Source: Candidatus Bathyarchaeia archaeon (GTDB lineage Archaea > Thermoproteota > Bathyarchaeia > Bathyarchaeales > Bathycorpusculaceae). Taken from it: 64,000 nucleotides of DNA. Within the stretch, counting starts at the first letter, position 1. Each line of letters starts with the position of its first letter. The stretch is from the NCBI GenBank assembly GCA_049516875.1, contig JBEKSS010000005.1, positions 65,983-129,982 of the forward strand, written 5' to 3'. This document shows positions 1 to 10,136 of the stretch, one piece after another. The notes below the pieces were generated by a model. It was not told where the DNA came from, did no database searches, and worked only from the letters and a program-made list of their open reading frames with translations. The translations under genes and the position numbers were made by a program.

Positions 1-5
1 CCGAG

Positions 6-1094
6 ATGACCATGCAAGTATATGAACACAACGGAGTCAGTGTTTATACCCTGTCCAATCAAATTCTTGATACGCAAGAGGTGTATCCTGAACCCGCGGA
101 CCAACAGGGCATAAAGAAGATTGACGAATTCTCCAGAAGATTGACTGAAGTTGTCGACGACATAGATTTTGATGTTGTGCACATGCAGGATTTTTTCGCC
201 TACAAAGCCATGGACAAATTCAAAGAAATGGGCAAGCCGATTCTATTGACCATTCACAGACTCCACAGGGAATATCCCACATGGTTTTCAGCAGAAAGAA
301 CAGCCTTGAACAAAGCAGATTACTTAACAGTCGTCGGCGAATCGTACTACAAAGAAGATGAGAAAGAGCTATTCCATGACTACAGGAAAAAGACTACGCA
401 TGTCTTCAATGGAGTCGACACGGAGTTCTGGAACGTCCAAGCTTGCTCCTTTCCGAAACTGGCTAGGAAGCAACGAAGAAAGACAATTTTACAAAAGTAC
501 GGGCTCACAGACGGTGTACTCTATACATATGTTGGAAGATTCGATCCCGTGCAAAAAGGAGTCGATATCCTTCTGAAGGCAAGCGAGGAATTTCTGAAAA
601 CAGAAAACGTAAAAATGATAGTTGTCGGTGTCGGAGACAAGAAACTAGAGAAGCAGTCAAAGGAGCTTGAAACACGACATCCTTCGAAACTTAAGGTCTT
701 CAATCAGCTTCTGTCGAAAGAAACCGTGCGTGATATCTACTGCAGCGCGGATTTCGCCTTAGTCCCAAGTCTATTCGAACCGTTTGGGCTTGTCCAGTTA
801 GAGGCCATGTCATCTGAATGCGTGCCCATAGGAAGCAAAACAGGAGGAATCAAGGACACCGTCATCTCGTATGGCGAAAATCCCAAGTTAGCAACTGGGT
901 TTCTGGTGAAAAAGGGGAGCCCCCCTGCTCTTTTGGAGGGCATGAGGAAGGCGTTCCAGCTCTACGATGAGAAGCCGGAAATGATTGAGAGGATGCGTGG
1001 AAATGGAAGGAGTAGGTGCGAAACAGTATTTCAATGGAATGTTTCAGCTAGAAAATACTTCGATATATATGAAAAACTCCTACATCAACACTAG
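6..1094 (+). CDS. GT-B glycosyltransferase (GT4/glycogen synthase-like), probably 5'-truncated by window edge
   Basis: VVHMQD, YVGRFDPVQKGVD and PSLFEPFGLVQLEAM motifs. Frame is open back to the window start. Confidence 0.85.
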   Translation: MTMQVYEHNGVSVYTLSNQILDTQEVYPEPADQQGIKKIDEFSRRLTEVVDDIDFDVVHMQDFFAYKAMDKFKEMGKPILLTIHRLHREYPTWFSAERTALNKADYLTVVGESYYKEDEKELFHDYRKKTTHVFNGVDTEFWNVQACSFPKLARKQRRKTILQKYGLTDGVLYTYVGRFDPVQKGVDILLKASEEFLKTENVKMIVVGVGDKKLEKQSKELETRHPSKLKVFNQLLSKETVRDIYCSADFALVPSLFEPFGLVQLEAMSSECVPIGSKTGGIKDTVISYGENPKLATGFLVKKGSPPALLEGMRKAFQLYDEKPEMIERMRGNGRSRCETVFQWNVSARKYFDIYEKLLHQH

Positions 1095-1107
1095 ACGGGT
1101 GCCCTGA

Positions 1108-2877
1108 ATGAAAAGCGTCTGGATATTCTCCTTTGAATGCGCTGGAGTAGTTAAGGTTGGAGGCTTAGGTGAAGCAGTCTACAACATAGCGAGGCACCTA
1201 GCAAATCGAGGCCTCGAAGTCACTGTGTTTATGCCAAGCCATGGAGTTACCAAGAAACATGACATAAGAGAGAAGTTAGCTCTCCAGGAAGGCAAAATAT
1301 CAGTTAAAGGAAGCGTTAAAGGAAAGAGTTTTCTGCCTTACCGAAGTCCTTTCCGATACGACATTGGAATCCAGACTGGCGCTCTGAGCGGCTTCAACGT
1401 CGTCCTATTTCACGGGTTGAACAATGCTGCCACCGAAATCTTGGACAATGAAACGGTCTACAGGTCAAATCTCATCGAGGACAAATCTCTATTGCTTGCC
1501 AGAGGCATCTCAGGCTACGTTAAACATCTACGAGATCTCAACAAGGAGTTTCCAGATGTTGTTCACGCCCACGACTATCACAGTGTGCCTGCAGCAGTTA
1601 TGGCTAAACAGAAGCTTGAAGAGTACAATCACAAGACAGCCCTAGTCTTCACTATACACTTGTTAAGCGACAAGAAATGTTCATGGAACTATCTCGGTGA
1701 AGATTGGTGCGGATTGAAAAATAGGTCCCATCAAGTTTACTTCTTCACCAAAAAGGTTGAAATGTCTGATAGGACCGTCCTAAGGAAGGCCAGGTTCAAA
1801 CTCGAATCTTTTTGCGCTGTTGAGTCTGATGTTCTGACGAGCGTGAGTCAAAGCTACTTGCAAGACGAAGTTATCAAACGAATAGGTCAAGGTTGCGATG
1901 GAAAGACAGCGTTTCACTGGAACGGGTGTGACTGGGACTACGGAAAAATGCTCGGAGATGTCATGAAAAAGTTCGGGGACGACATGAGAAGCACGTTGGG
2001 AGTAACTCAAATAGAACGGCACGACCTGAGAAAGTACTTCCTAACGAAGGCCATAGGCAACCTCAGATCAGAGGAGCCAATTCTGGAAGAGGAAAAAGTC
2101 AGGGAGATTGTGTTGACTTTCAAAGGCAAACCTTTCGTCGGTAATGGCAAACTTGAGCCTTTCAATGATGATGGTCCCATGGTTCTGATGACTGGAAGGC
2201 TGGGAGAACAAAAAGGGGTAGACATGCTGTTCAAAGCTATGCCTTATGTTCTGGAAAAAGTTCCCAAAACCAAGTTCGTTCTTCTACTGTTACCTCTCGA
2301 AGAGGAAATCAACCTGATAAGCCAATCTGCTAAACTCATGAACAAATACCCGCAAGCGTTGAGAGTAGTGTTCGGGAAGGCACCCAGCATCTACCCTCTT
2401 GCGCACCTAGCCTCAGATGTTTTCGTCTGCCCAAGCAAGTGGGAGCCGTTCGGCATAATGGCACTGGAAGCGATGGCAACAGGAAATCCAGTCGTTGCTA
2501 CAGCGGTTGGAGGGCTGAAGGAAATAGTCATAGACGTGAATCAAGACTTGGAAAACGGCACCGGCATTCTTGTTCCGAAAAATGATTATAAAGGCCTTGG
2601 AAAAGCGCTCTCGTCATTACTCGCTACCATGCAGATTTCAGAGATTTCCCAAAGAACGGTTGGAACAGAGCGTCAAGAACCCCAAAAAATCCCGACGGCA
2701 ATATCGAGCGATTCGCTCAAGGAAGCTGTTCTGAAACAGCTTTCCTACGGATCTAGGCTGAGAGAAAACGCGATGCGAAGGGTAGAAACCACCTTCCGAT
2801 GGAGCAAAACCATAGAGATGGTGATTACAGCCTACGAAAAGGCCATCGACCTGGCAGCCAATCGTCAGCAATACTAG
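1108..2877 (+). CDS. glgA: Glycogen/starch synthase (GT5-like)
   Basis: N-terminal KVGGLG (KxGGL nucleotide-sugar motif), HAHDYH, GRLGEQKG, PSKWEPFGIMALEAM. Confidence 0.8.
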   Translation: MKSVWIFSFECAGVVKVGGLGEAVYNIARHLANRGLEVTVFMPSHGVTKKHDIREKLALQEGKISVKGSVKGKSFLPYRSPFRYDIGIQTGALSGFNVVLFHGLNNAATEILDNETVYRSNLIEDKSLLLARGISGYVKHLRDLNKEFPDVVHAHDYHSVPAAVMAKQKLEEYNHKTALVFTIHLLSDKKCSWNYLGEDWCGLKNRSHQVYFFTKKVEMSDRTVLRKARFKLESFCAVESDVLTSVSQSYLQDEVIKRIGQGCDGKTAFHWNGCDWDYGKMLGDVMKKFGDDMRSTLGVTQIERHDLRKYFLTKAIGNLRSEEPILEEEKVREIVLTFKGKPFVGNGKLEPFNDDGPMVLMTGRLGEQKGVDMLFKAMPYVLEKVPKTKFVLLLLPLEEEINLISQSAKLMNKYPQALRVVFGKAPSIYPLAHLASDVFVCPSKWEPFGIMALEAMATGNPVVATAVGGLKEIVIDVNQDLENGTGILVPKNDYKGLGKALSSLLATMQISEISQRTVGTERQEPQKIPTAISSDSLKEAVLKQLSYGSRLRENAMRRVETTFRWSKTIEMVITAYEKAIDLAANRQQY

Positions 2878-3000
2878 ACCGAACGGAAGAATAAAATAGA
2901 AAAACAGTTCGCGTTGAGTTCCAGCGCTTTGGACTTGCCTGAAGAAGATTGATTTCCTTGACTCTCCGTAATTTCAGTAGACAGTACAGGAGTGTGATGA

Positions 3001-3936
3001 ACCGTCAAAGAATATCTAATCGGAACTGGAGGGTGGGCATACTTTCGAGTTCCGGGACTCAGGTCGCTGACGGCCTACTCACGAATCTTCAACTTTGTAG
3101 AAGTGAACTCCACGTTCTATCAGATACCCCTGCTGAAAGAGGTTGAAGAGTGGAGGAAACTCGTGCCTCCGGATTTCAAGTTTTCTGTCAGAGCGCATCA
3201 ATCAATAACGCACAAGTACAAGCTTCAACCAGTAGAGAAAGTGCTTGAAGCATTTGAGCGTATGAAGCAAATATGCAGCAAATTGAACGCCGAGGTCATG
3301 CATCTCCAAGTGCCGTCATCTTTTGAACTGACTAGAACCTCAATCATCAACCTTCGCAATGTACTTTCCTCAGTGAGTCTTCAAAAGCTTCGGCTGGCTC
3401 TTGAAATCAGAGGGGTAAGATCTTCACAACTGCCTCCTGAGTTGCTTAAGACTATTCGAGAATACAATATTGTCCACTGCACAGATCTTTCAAGTGGGGA
3501 GATGCCTGCTTATGAATCAGACATACTTTACACCAGGCTTTTTGGAAAGGGGAAACACAATGTGTACCAGCCCACTGACGAGGAACTTTCAGAAATAGAC
3601 AACGAAGCCTCCAGCGGAAAGTCCGAGAAGATAGTCATGAGTTTTCACTTCGTCAGAATGTACAAAGACGCGGCGAGGCTCAAAACGTACAAGCAGTCGG
3701 GCAAGTTTCCAATGATTACCCGGTCGACGGGCTTAGCCTCGCTTGAGGAGGTTCTGAGTGAAGATGCAAGATTTCCATCAGCAAAACAAGAGCTGATACG
3801 CAGCCAAGGATGGAAAATCTTTGATTTAACCGAAACTAACCGGATCCACGCAGGCGACATGCTTGAGAAACTTCCTGAAGCAACCTACAACAATTTAGGC
3901 GAAGTCGCCAAAAGACTGAAACGTGTGATGAGGTGA
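3001..3936 (+). CDS. DUF72 TIM-barrel protein with C-terminal DUF2795-like domain; start codon unresolved
   Basis: The frame extends upstream of ORF-track start 3103 to 3001 (TVKEYLIGTGGWAY...FNFVEVNSTFY). C-terminus reads LEEVL..ARFPSAKQELI..LEKLPEATY. Confidence 0.75.
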   Translation, partial: TVKEYLIGTGGWAYFRVPGLRSLTAYSRIFNFVEVNSTFYQIPLLKEVEEWRKLVPPDFKFSVRAHQSITHKYKLQPVEKVLEAFERMKQICSKLNAEVMHLQVPSSFELTRTSIINLRNVLSSVSLQKLRLALEIRGVRSSQLPPELLKTIREYNIVHCTDLSSGEMPAYESDILYTRLFGKGKHNVYQPTDEELSEIDNEASSGKSEKIVMSFHFVRMYKDAARLKTYKQSGKFPMITRSTGLASLEEVLSEDARFPSAKQELIRSQGWKIFDLTETNRIHAGDMLEKLPEATYNNLGEVAKRLKRVMR

Positions 3937-5126
3937 AGAGTTTGGCTTCAATTATCGATAATGTTTTTCTAGGCACTTCAGGATGGAGTTACAACGAATG
4001 GGTCGGCCCATTCTACACGAGAATGGACAAGAGCAAGCTCCGCGCGTACACCAGAGTCTTCAAAACAGTTGAAATCGACTCAACTTTCTACAGATACCCC
4101 TCCAAGGGCACCGTCATGGGGTGGACGAGATATTCGCCCGAAGGCTTTGTCTACACGTCGAAACTGCCCGGGTTAATCACACACGATAAGAAATTGAGTT
4201 TGGGCGAAGGGATAGAGCAGGATCTACAGAGATTCATAGAACTGATGGAACCTCTAATTCTTAGTGGAAAATTAGGCTGCGTACTCATCCAGCTTCCGCC
4301 CAAATTCGATTACCGACCTCAAGAACTGGAAGCCTTTTTCAAAATACTGCCTACGCATGTGAGGTTCGCCGTGGAGTTCAGAGAACAGTCATGGATGAGA
4401 AATGAAACATGGGGGCTGCTTGAAAAATACCGGGTTGCTTACACAGTCGTCGACGAACCTCTGCTCCCTCCAGAGGCTCATTTAACGTCAGACATCGCCT
4501 ATTTTCGATGGCACGGACGCGGAGAAAAGCCCTGGTACGACTACCGTTATTCCGTCAATGAGCTTGAACCTTGGATACCAAAACTGAAGGATGCTGCGGG
4601 AAAAGTCGATAAGATCTATGGATATTTCAATAATCACTATCATGGCTATGCCGTCGAAAACTGTGTCCAAGTCATGGAAATGATTGGAAACATAAACGCG
4701 AAGCAGGTTGAAGTCAAGAACAGGGTTGAAAAATACTTGCGGAGCTCAGCCGAGCTGAAGAGCTCTACGCTAGAGAGCTTCGTTGAGCCTAGAGACAGGA
4801 GTTTTGAGAGTCTGATGCACTATTTCGTTCCGGCGGAGAGACTGCAGAGGGCTGAAAAGATTGAGGACAGCGAATTGACTATCCGAGAGCAGAATACGGG
4901 TAGAGTTGATGCAGTGATAAGAGGCTACCACATAGTCATAGACGCGGAAGCGGCAACGATTTCTCATGATTGCGCCGATTGGGGGAGAGTCTTAGCGACC
5001 AAAAAATTGTGCAAGCACATCGCGAAGCTACTTCTTTTGATGAACAGAGAAAAGGCAACTGAAATGCTCAGGAAAATGTACACCCAGCAAGACAAATGGC
5101 GGTTTGTGCCTTACACAAGCGAATGA
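3933..5126 (+). CDS. DUF72 protein with C-terminal SWIM zinc finger
   Basis: GTSGWSY, VEIDSTFY, QLPPKF, EFR, YFRWHGR, YFNNH. C-terminal HDCADW-x7-LCKHI. GTGA overlap with the upstream gene. Confidence 0.85.
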   Translation: MKSLASIIDNVFLGTSGWSYNEWVGPFYTRMDKSKLRAYTRVFKTVEIDSTFYRYPSKGTVMGWTRYSPEGFVYTSKLPGLITHDKKLSLGEGIEQDLQRFIELMEPLILSGKLGCVLIQLPPKFDYRPQELEAFFKILPTHVRFAVEFREQSWMRNETWGLLEKYRVAYTVVDEPLLPPEAHLTSDIAYFRWHGRGEKPWYDYRYSVNELEPWIPKLKDAAGKVDKIYGYFNNHYHGYAVENCVQVMEMIGNINAKQVEVKNRVEKYLRSSAELKSSTLESFVEPRDRSFESLMHYFVPAERLQRAEKIEDSELTIREQNTGRVDAVIRGYHIVIDAEAATISHDCADWGRVLATKKLCKHIAKLLLLMNREKATEMLRKMYTQQDKWRFVPYTSE

Positions 5127-5533
5127 GCAAAGCAAATCGCGCTTTCTCTCTGAGTCTTTAGATAAGATTACATCTTGCCACCAACCGAGTTGAAGAGTTT
5201 TCAGTGAACGAAGTGGATTCCGATTTCGTCCTGTAACTGTGGGTGCATTAGCGTTCTAAATGTCTTCCACCTCCCCCCGACAGGTCAAGTTGCTGGTTGA
5301 GCAAACGTTTCCATACATATTCCATATAGTCCCTCTGACCAACATGTCATCATTCAGGACAAGACTTGTGAATAGGTAGCTCTGGTTCGTTTTCTGGGAC
5401 AGAAAGGTAGGTCTGGTTTGAGTATACGGATGCAATGATTCGAATGAAACTATTAATTCTTAAGAAAGAAGGTTTAAGAGTGAAATCTTCATGTTTAGCT
5501 TTTGAACAAGATGTTGTGACGAAGTGGGACACG

Positions 5534-6175
5534 ATGGGAAAAAGGATGCAACGCAGGGGTAGGAACAAGCGAGGCATCGTAGGCATAGAGGCTGCAATTG
5601 TGCTCATCGCCTTCGTGGTGATCGCTGCAGCCCTAGCCTACGTTGTAATAAACATGGGTTTCTACGCGGCTCAAACGGCTAAATCAACAATAGACAAGGG
5701 GATTCAAGAAGCCACAAGCGCCCTCGAACTTGACGGATTTGTTACTGGCAAAACGAACTCATCCAACGCCGCTATTACCTACCTTGTGATTCCATTGAAG
5801 CTGGCCGTAGGGCAGGAGCAGGTCGACTTGGCTGGCAACACAGTGGTTGTTGCGGTGCAAGGACTGAACTTCTCTCTCGCAAACATTTACAGTGGGGCAG
5901 CGACCTCGAACGAAACAGATCTTGCCAACCTCATGGCAAACGTGACCAACGCACCAAACGCGCGTTGCTTCATCTACAACAGTGAACTTTCCACTGACAC
6001 CACGCTCAAGCAAAACGCGAAGGCATACTTGGTCATAAACCTGGGAGACCTATACGGGCTGCCATCGTACAGCAAAGCAAAAGTTGAGGTTAGAACAAGC
6101 AAGGGTGCAGCTCTGATGGTCATGAGAGAGATACCCGGCAGCCTGCCCCCAGACGCAATTGTCGACCTTCGCTAA
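5534..6175 (+). CDS. arlB: Archaellin (archaeal flagellin)
   Basis: Class III signal peptide KRG|IVGIEAAIVLIAFVVIAAALAYVVINMG, conserved archaellin N-terminus, several N-X-S/T sequons. Confidence 0.9.
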   Translation: MGKRMQRRGRNKRGIVGIEAAIVLIAFVVIAAALAYVVINMGFYAAQTAKSTIDKGIQEATSALELDGFVTGKTNSSNAAITYLVIPLKLAVGQEQVDLAGNTVVVAVQGLNFSLANIYSGAATSNETDLANLMANVTNAPNARCFIYNSELSTDTTLKQNAKAYLVINLGDLYGLPSYSKAKVEVRTSKGAALMVMREIPGSLPPDAIVDLR

Positions 6176-6230
6176 GCAACCAGAATCTACTCTTCCTATT
6201 TCCTACCCTGATTAAACGGGCAAAGTGCTG

Positions 6231-7555
6231 CTAAATTCTGTACTCTTTTCCCTTCTCGACGCGAGTCACTTTTCCTTTGAGGTCTCGCATGAACTTGCCT
6301 ACCAATTCAGCATTTTCTGTGTGTATAGGGAAGATTTTCGCTGCGTCAATTTCTTCTAGAGCGCTTTCAGCTGCAGAGGCATTATCTGTCCTGAAACGTG
6401 GACGTGGTATTGGGGCAGGCCGTAATGGTCTAGCGAGTTAGCGAGCTTCTTGAAGTCAATCTCTATTTCTTCATTGAAGCGTTCCGATGCTGACAGCACG
6501 TAGCAATGTCTGCTTGCGGCTGGATTTCGACAAGCTCTTCGAAGTCGTAGAGGGACAAGGCTAAGACCACTTTACACTGTTGCTTCGAAGCTTCGAATAC
6601 GTCGATGATCTTGTCGGCGTGTTGTTCTATGATTTGGCTTTCCCATTTGTCGCGTCTTTCCTTCGATTTTCGAAAGATCAGAACATTATCAACATTCAAG
6701 TTCGGGACAGTCAAACCTCTGTCAGCTTGCAGTGCGTTCAGCAGATGGGCTTGCCTAAGTGAAACAGCTAGGCACTGCTTGTTCTTCTTTGCGATTCGAA
6801 AGAAACTATTCAACCGGTCAATATCGGCGTAAGCAAACTCTGCAAGCACAATGCCCCTCCCTCGCTGACGATGCAGTTCAATTTATTTTCGACTTCTTTT
6901 TCAGAGGAAATTGAAGCGCCGGTCATGTTCTTTGCTTCAGTGACTATCGCGGCAGGTTCTGCTTCTTTGGCCTTGACAACGAAATCTCGCGTCATCTGCG
7001 GTTTCGCACCGTGGGTTCGGAAGTCTCCGGTGTACACCACTGTGCCTTGAGAGGTGTTGATTACAAAGCCGTATGCGCCCGGCACGGAGTGGTCTACGTG
7101 AATCGGCTCGATCTCCAGGTTGCCGATTTTCCGTTTTTGTCCCGTCTGAACGATCTGAAGGGGATGTCTTTGACGCGGAACTCGAGGTCGGTTCTGCGTC
7201 GCCTAGAGCTTGTGGAATGGTTTGTGTTGTTTCGCCGCAGTAGATTGGGATTTGGCGATTTGTGAAAGACAAGTGGGCTGAGTGGTCCAAGTGGCCAAGA
7301 GAAACAAACACAGCATCATTTCTGGCGGCTTGCTGTCAAACTTGTAGATGCCGTCAAGCTTGGTAAGATTCCAAGTTTTTGCAAGCTTTTCTCACTCTTT
7401 GGCGAAAGAAAGGGCGGTGAGTAGAAAAGTCTCCTCATGCTGAAGGACATGCCGAAATCAAAGGTTTTGGTGTCTCCGTCTTTGAGCAGGATCTTGTTGC
7501 CGCCAATCTCGTTCACTCCGCCATAGAAAGTTAACGTTGTTTCTTGTTTGACCAT
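6231..7555 (-). pseudogene. Frameshifted MBL-fold/beta-CASP hydrolase (RNase J-like)
   Basis: Consecutive motifs GGVNEIGGNK, FDFG, SLGHLDH (degenerate HxHxDH), VDHSVPGA, YTGDFR and HVSG are split over at least 5 frame changes. Confidence 0.85.
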
Positions 7556-7557
7556 GC

Positions 7558-9255
7558 CTATTCCTTCAATTCTTCTACTTTCCTGCAAACGTTCGAGAGA
7601 ATGAGAATTATGTGTGGGAAGGTGAACACGCTGAAGACTTTCGTGTATTTCGGGTTGCCGGCGTTCTTGACGGTTTTGAAGTTTCCCCCAGCTTGCAGAT
7701 AGCCAGTGACGAACGTCTTTGCCATCAGCTCTATCCGATGCGCATCGGCAAACGGAGAAACATCATGGCCAGCATAATACAGAAATTCGGCGATGTCCCA
7801 GGCTCTGTCTCCGTTTCGGCCCGCTTGCTCCAAGTCGGTGAGGTAAAGCTGATCCTTCCTGTCGACGAGAATGTTCTCTGGCTTCGTATCGCCTAAAGCA
7901 ACACCCAAGGCATGAACCTTTGCGAACAAGCTGCCAGTTTTTCCAATGAGGTCCAAGTCTTTCTTTAGTTCACTATCACTCTTTGAATCTGCGATTCTTC
8001 TCACTACCTTGCTAAGGTCTTCACCCACAACGTACTCCATGAAAATCAAACGCTGATTCGGACTCACATACAAGAGCTCTGGCACCGCAAGACCTTTCGA
8101 GTGAAGCAATCGGTTTATCGCACATTCTCTTTCAAGCCTTGAACTTCCAAGAACGGCAAAAGTTCTAGTCCCAACAGACCACAACGTGAGAGGAAACCAT
8201 TTGAAGTTGGACCAATCCCTGAACCTTTTGACAACAACCTTCTTCTCCTTGCCATCAACAATGGTACTGACCAGATAAACATCGTTCAAAATACCGCCGA
8301 TGCTCGTAACCTTGATTTGGGCGCCCTTGCCTGCCCTGAGAACCTTCCTAGCAAAGGCTTCAATGTTCACCCTGTTCGCCAATGGCACAAGGCCGCTTGC
8401 AGTCTTGACGTACACAAGGTTCTCCGGGTCTTCGATTAGCAGTTTCGCTCTTGGACCCTCGCTGAGAATCCTTTGAAGGTTGAAGAGTGATTCCTTGTTC
8501 TGTGAAAGAGTGTTTATAATCTGCGGAAGCATGCCCAGCAAAGAAGCAAACAGCACTCTGTGTCCCGTTTTTAGGAGACTCGTGAATCGAACCTTGCGAG
8601 TTCTAGCTTTGTCGACAAACTCCTTCGAAATCCTCACGTAGCCCCCTGAAAAGCTGACAGTCTTATCTCTTTCCAGCTTCTCCAAAGCGTCCAAAAACCC
8701 GCCCAGACTTTGTTGAAGGTTCTTCTTCTCCCTGACGAGATTTGATAATGACTCGAGCATTGGTGGGAAAAGCCGGGCCCTGGTGAGCAATGTTTCATAC
8801 ATGAAATACTCTGGCTTTATGTAGAACTCATAGGAGAGTTCTGGGAAATCTAAGACGAGGCTTTGCAGAAGTTCAAGAATAACGCGCCTTTTCAGAGTGA
8901 TTTCTTGAAGGTGCAAATATTCAGCATTAACAATTGTCTTGTATGGAAAAATCAGTCCGCCAGCGAGGGCTTCGCCCAAGAGACCTCTGTCCACATCCCT
9001 TTCAAAAACCCATTTGTCGACTGCCAGAACCACAATGCTGCTTGCGCCTAGGGCCTTGGCGTAATTCATGAGCCTGGGCTGAAAGTCTTCTATGACCAGC
9101 AAGACCTGGGCGGCTGTCCTTGGAGAGGTCAAGCTTGAAGAATAGTCACTGCACAGACACATGGCCGTGATTTGGCAAGAGCCTGCGATGTGTCTGCTGA
9201 AGCTCATGATCTCTTGCGTCAGCTTTTCGTCCTGACGTTTCGAACTTTGAGCCAA
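7558..9255 (-). CDS. Protein with uncharacterised N-terminal domain and C-terminal atypical kinase (Kdo/RIO/Bud32-like)
   Basis: GGILNDVY, VVVKRF, ERE, FMEYV, LGDTKPENI and TDLEQA kinase subdomains. Confidence 0.75.
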   Translation of the reverse strand: MAQSSKRQDEKLTQEIMSFSRHIAGSCQITAMCLCSDYSSSLTSPRTAAQVLLVIEDFQPRLMNYAKALGASSIVVLAVDKWVFERDVDRGLLGEALAGGLIFPYKTIVNAEYLHLQEITLKRRVILELLQSLVLDFPELSYEFYIKPEYFMYETLLTRARLFPPMLESLSNLVREKKNLQQSLGGFLDALEKLERDKTVSFSGGYVRISKEFVDKARTRKVRFTSLLKTGHRVLFASLLGMLPQIINTLSQNKESLFNLQRILSEGPRAKLLIEDPENLVYVKTASGLVPLANRVNIEAFARKVLRAGKGAQIKVTSIGGILNDVYLVSTIVDGKEKKVVVKRFRDWSNFKWFPLTLWSVGTRTFAVLGSSRLERECAINRLLHSKGLAVPELLYVSPNQRLIFMEYVVGEDLSKVVRRIADSKSDSELKKDLDLIGKTGSLFAKVHALGVALGDTKPENILVDRKDQLYLTDLEQAGRNGDRAWDIAEFLYYAGHDVSPFADAHRIELMAKTFVTGYLQAGGNFKTVKNAGNPKYTKVFSVFTFPHIILILSNVCRKVEELKE

Positions 9256-9358
9256 TGTCCCACCTGAAAGAAGCGACCTAGGATAGAATCAATCCGTCTG
9301 CGAAATATAGTTAATGCTTTACGGCAATGCTAGCCAACGGTTTGAGACTCTGAGAACG

Positions 9359-10135
9359 CTATTTGCGTTCGATTATTTTGATGTAAGCAAATGCTGCGCT
9401 GAAAGTGAAGACCGCTGAAAAGACAACGACACTCAGGATTGAGTAGTAGGAGAACGGTGGGGAACCCAGTAGGAAAGAGCGGATAGTGTCTGATGTGCTG
9501 CTCAAGGGGTTGATTTCGGCGAATGTTACCAACACGGCTGGGAACTTGCCCTCGCTCCCAAGTTGCTGTATCAGCGAAAGCGGATAGAAGACGCTGCTGC
9601 AGAAGAACAGCGTATAATAGACTAGGCCTCTCGCTGTGATAAATTTCTCGAGGCTTGAGGTTGAAACCGCGATGGCGATGCTTAGACCTGAGATGCCGAT
9701 GGCTGTAAGAAACAGGAGTCCTAGGATTACAAAGAACTGTGGCACTGTTGGCAGGCCGAGAAAGACAAAGCAGGTCGCCAGTAGGGGTGACATGTAAACC
9801 ATGCCGCGCAATCCTCCTGAGAGCACGCGTCCGACAGCTAATTCCATCCGTGTCATGGGCACGGAGAGCATGTAATGGTGAACTTCTCTTCGACGTTCCA
9901 TGTTTATTTCGCGTCCTATCATGAAAGCCGAGGCGAACAAACCGGTAACGACGAGACCCGGGGCGAAGAAGCTGAAATAGTTTTTTATGTCCAAGTTTGG
10001 GTTCAGCACTTTGTTATAAACGACGGCCGTGATGAACAAGTCGGCGAGGTTCATCGTGATTAGGCCCACCAGCCACATTTTGTAGCGCAGAAAATTCCTG
10101 AAGTCATGCTCTACAACATGAAAGACTTGCCTCAA
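9359..10135 (-). CDS. ABC-2 type exporter permease
   Basis: About 6 TM segments, FFAPGL, SSVFYP, INPLS. TTG start proposed at 10135. Confidence 0.85.
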   Translation of the reverse strand: MRQVFHVVEHDFRNFLRYKMWLVGLITMNLADLFITAVVYNKVLNPNLDIKNYFSFFAPGLVVTGLFASAFMIGREINMERRREVHHYMLSVPMTRMELAVGRVLSGGLRGMVYMSPLLATCFVFLGLPTVPQFFVILGLLFLTAIGISGLSIAIAVSTSSLEKFITARGLVYYTLFFCSSVFYPLSLIQQLGSEGKFPAVLVTFAEINPLSSTSDTIRSFLLGSPPFSYYSILSVVVFSAVFTFSAAFAYIKIIERK

Positions 10136-10136
10136 A

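Noticed and set aside
2995-3000. Selenocysteine readthrough of TGA to supply the DUF72 start
   Set aside because: Two consecutive TGA codons and no homologous sequence upstream
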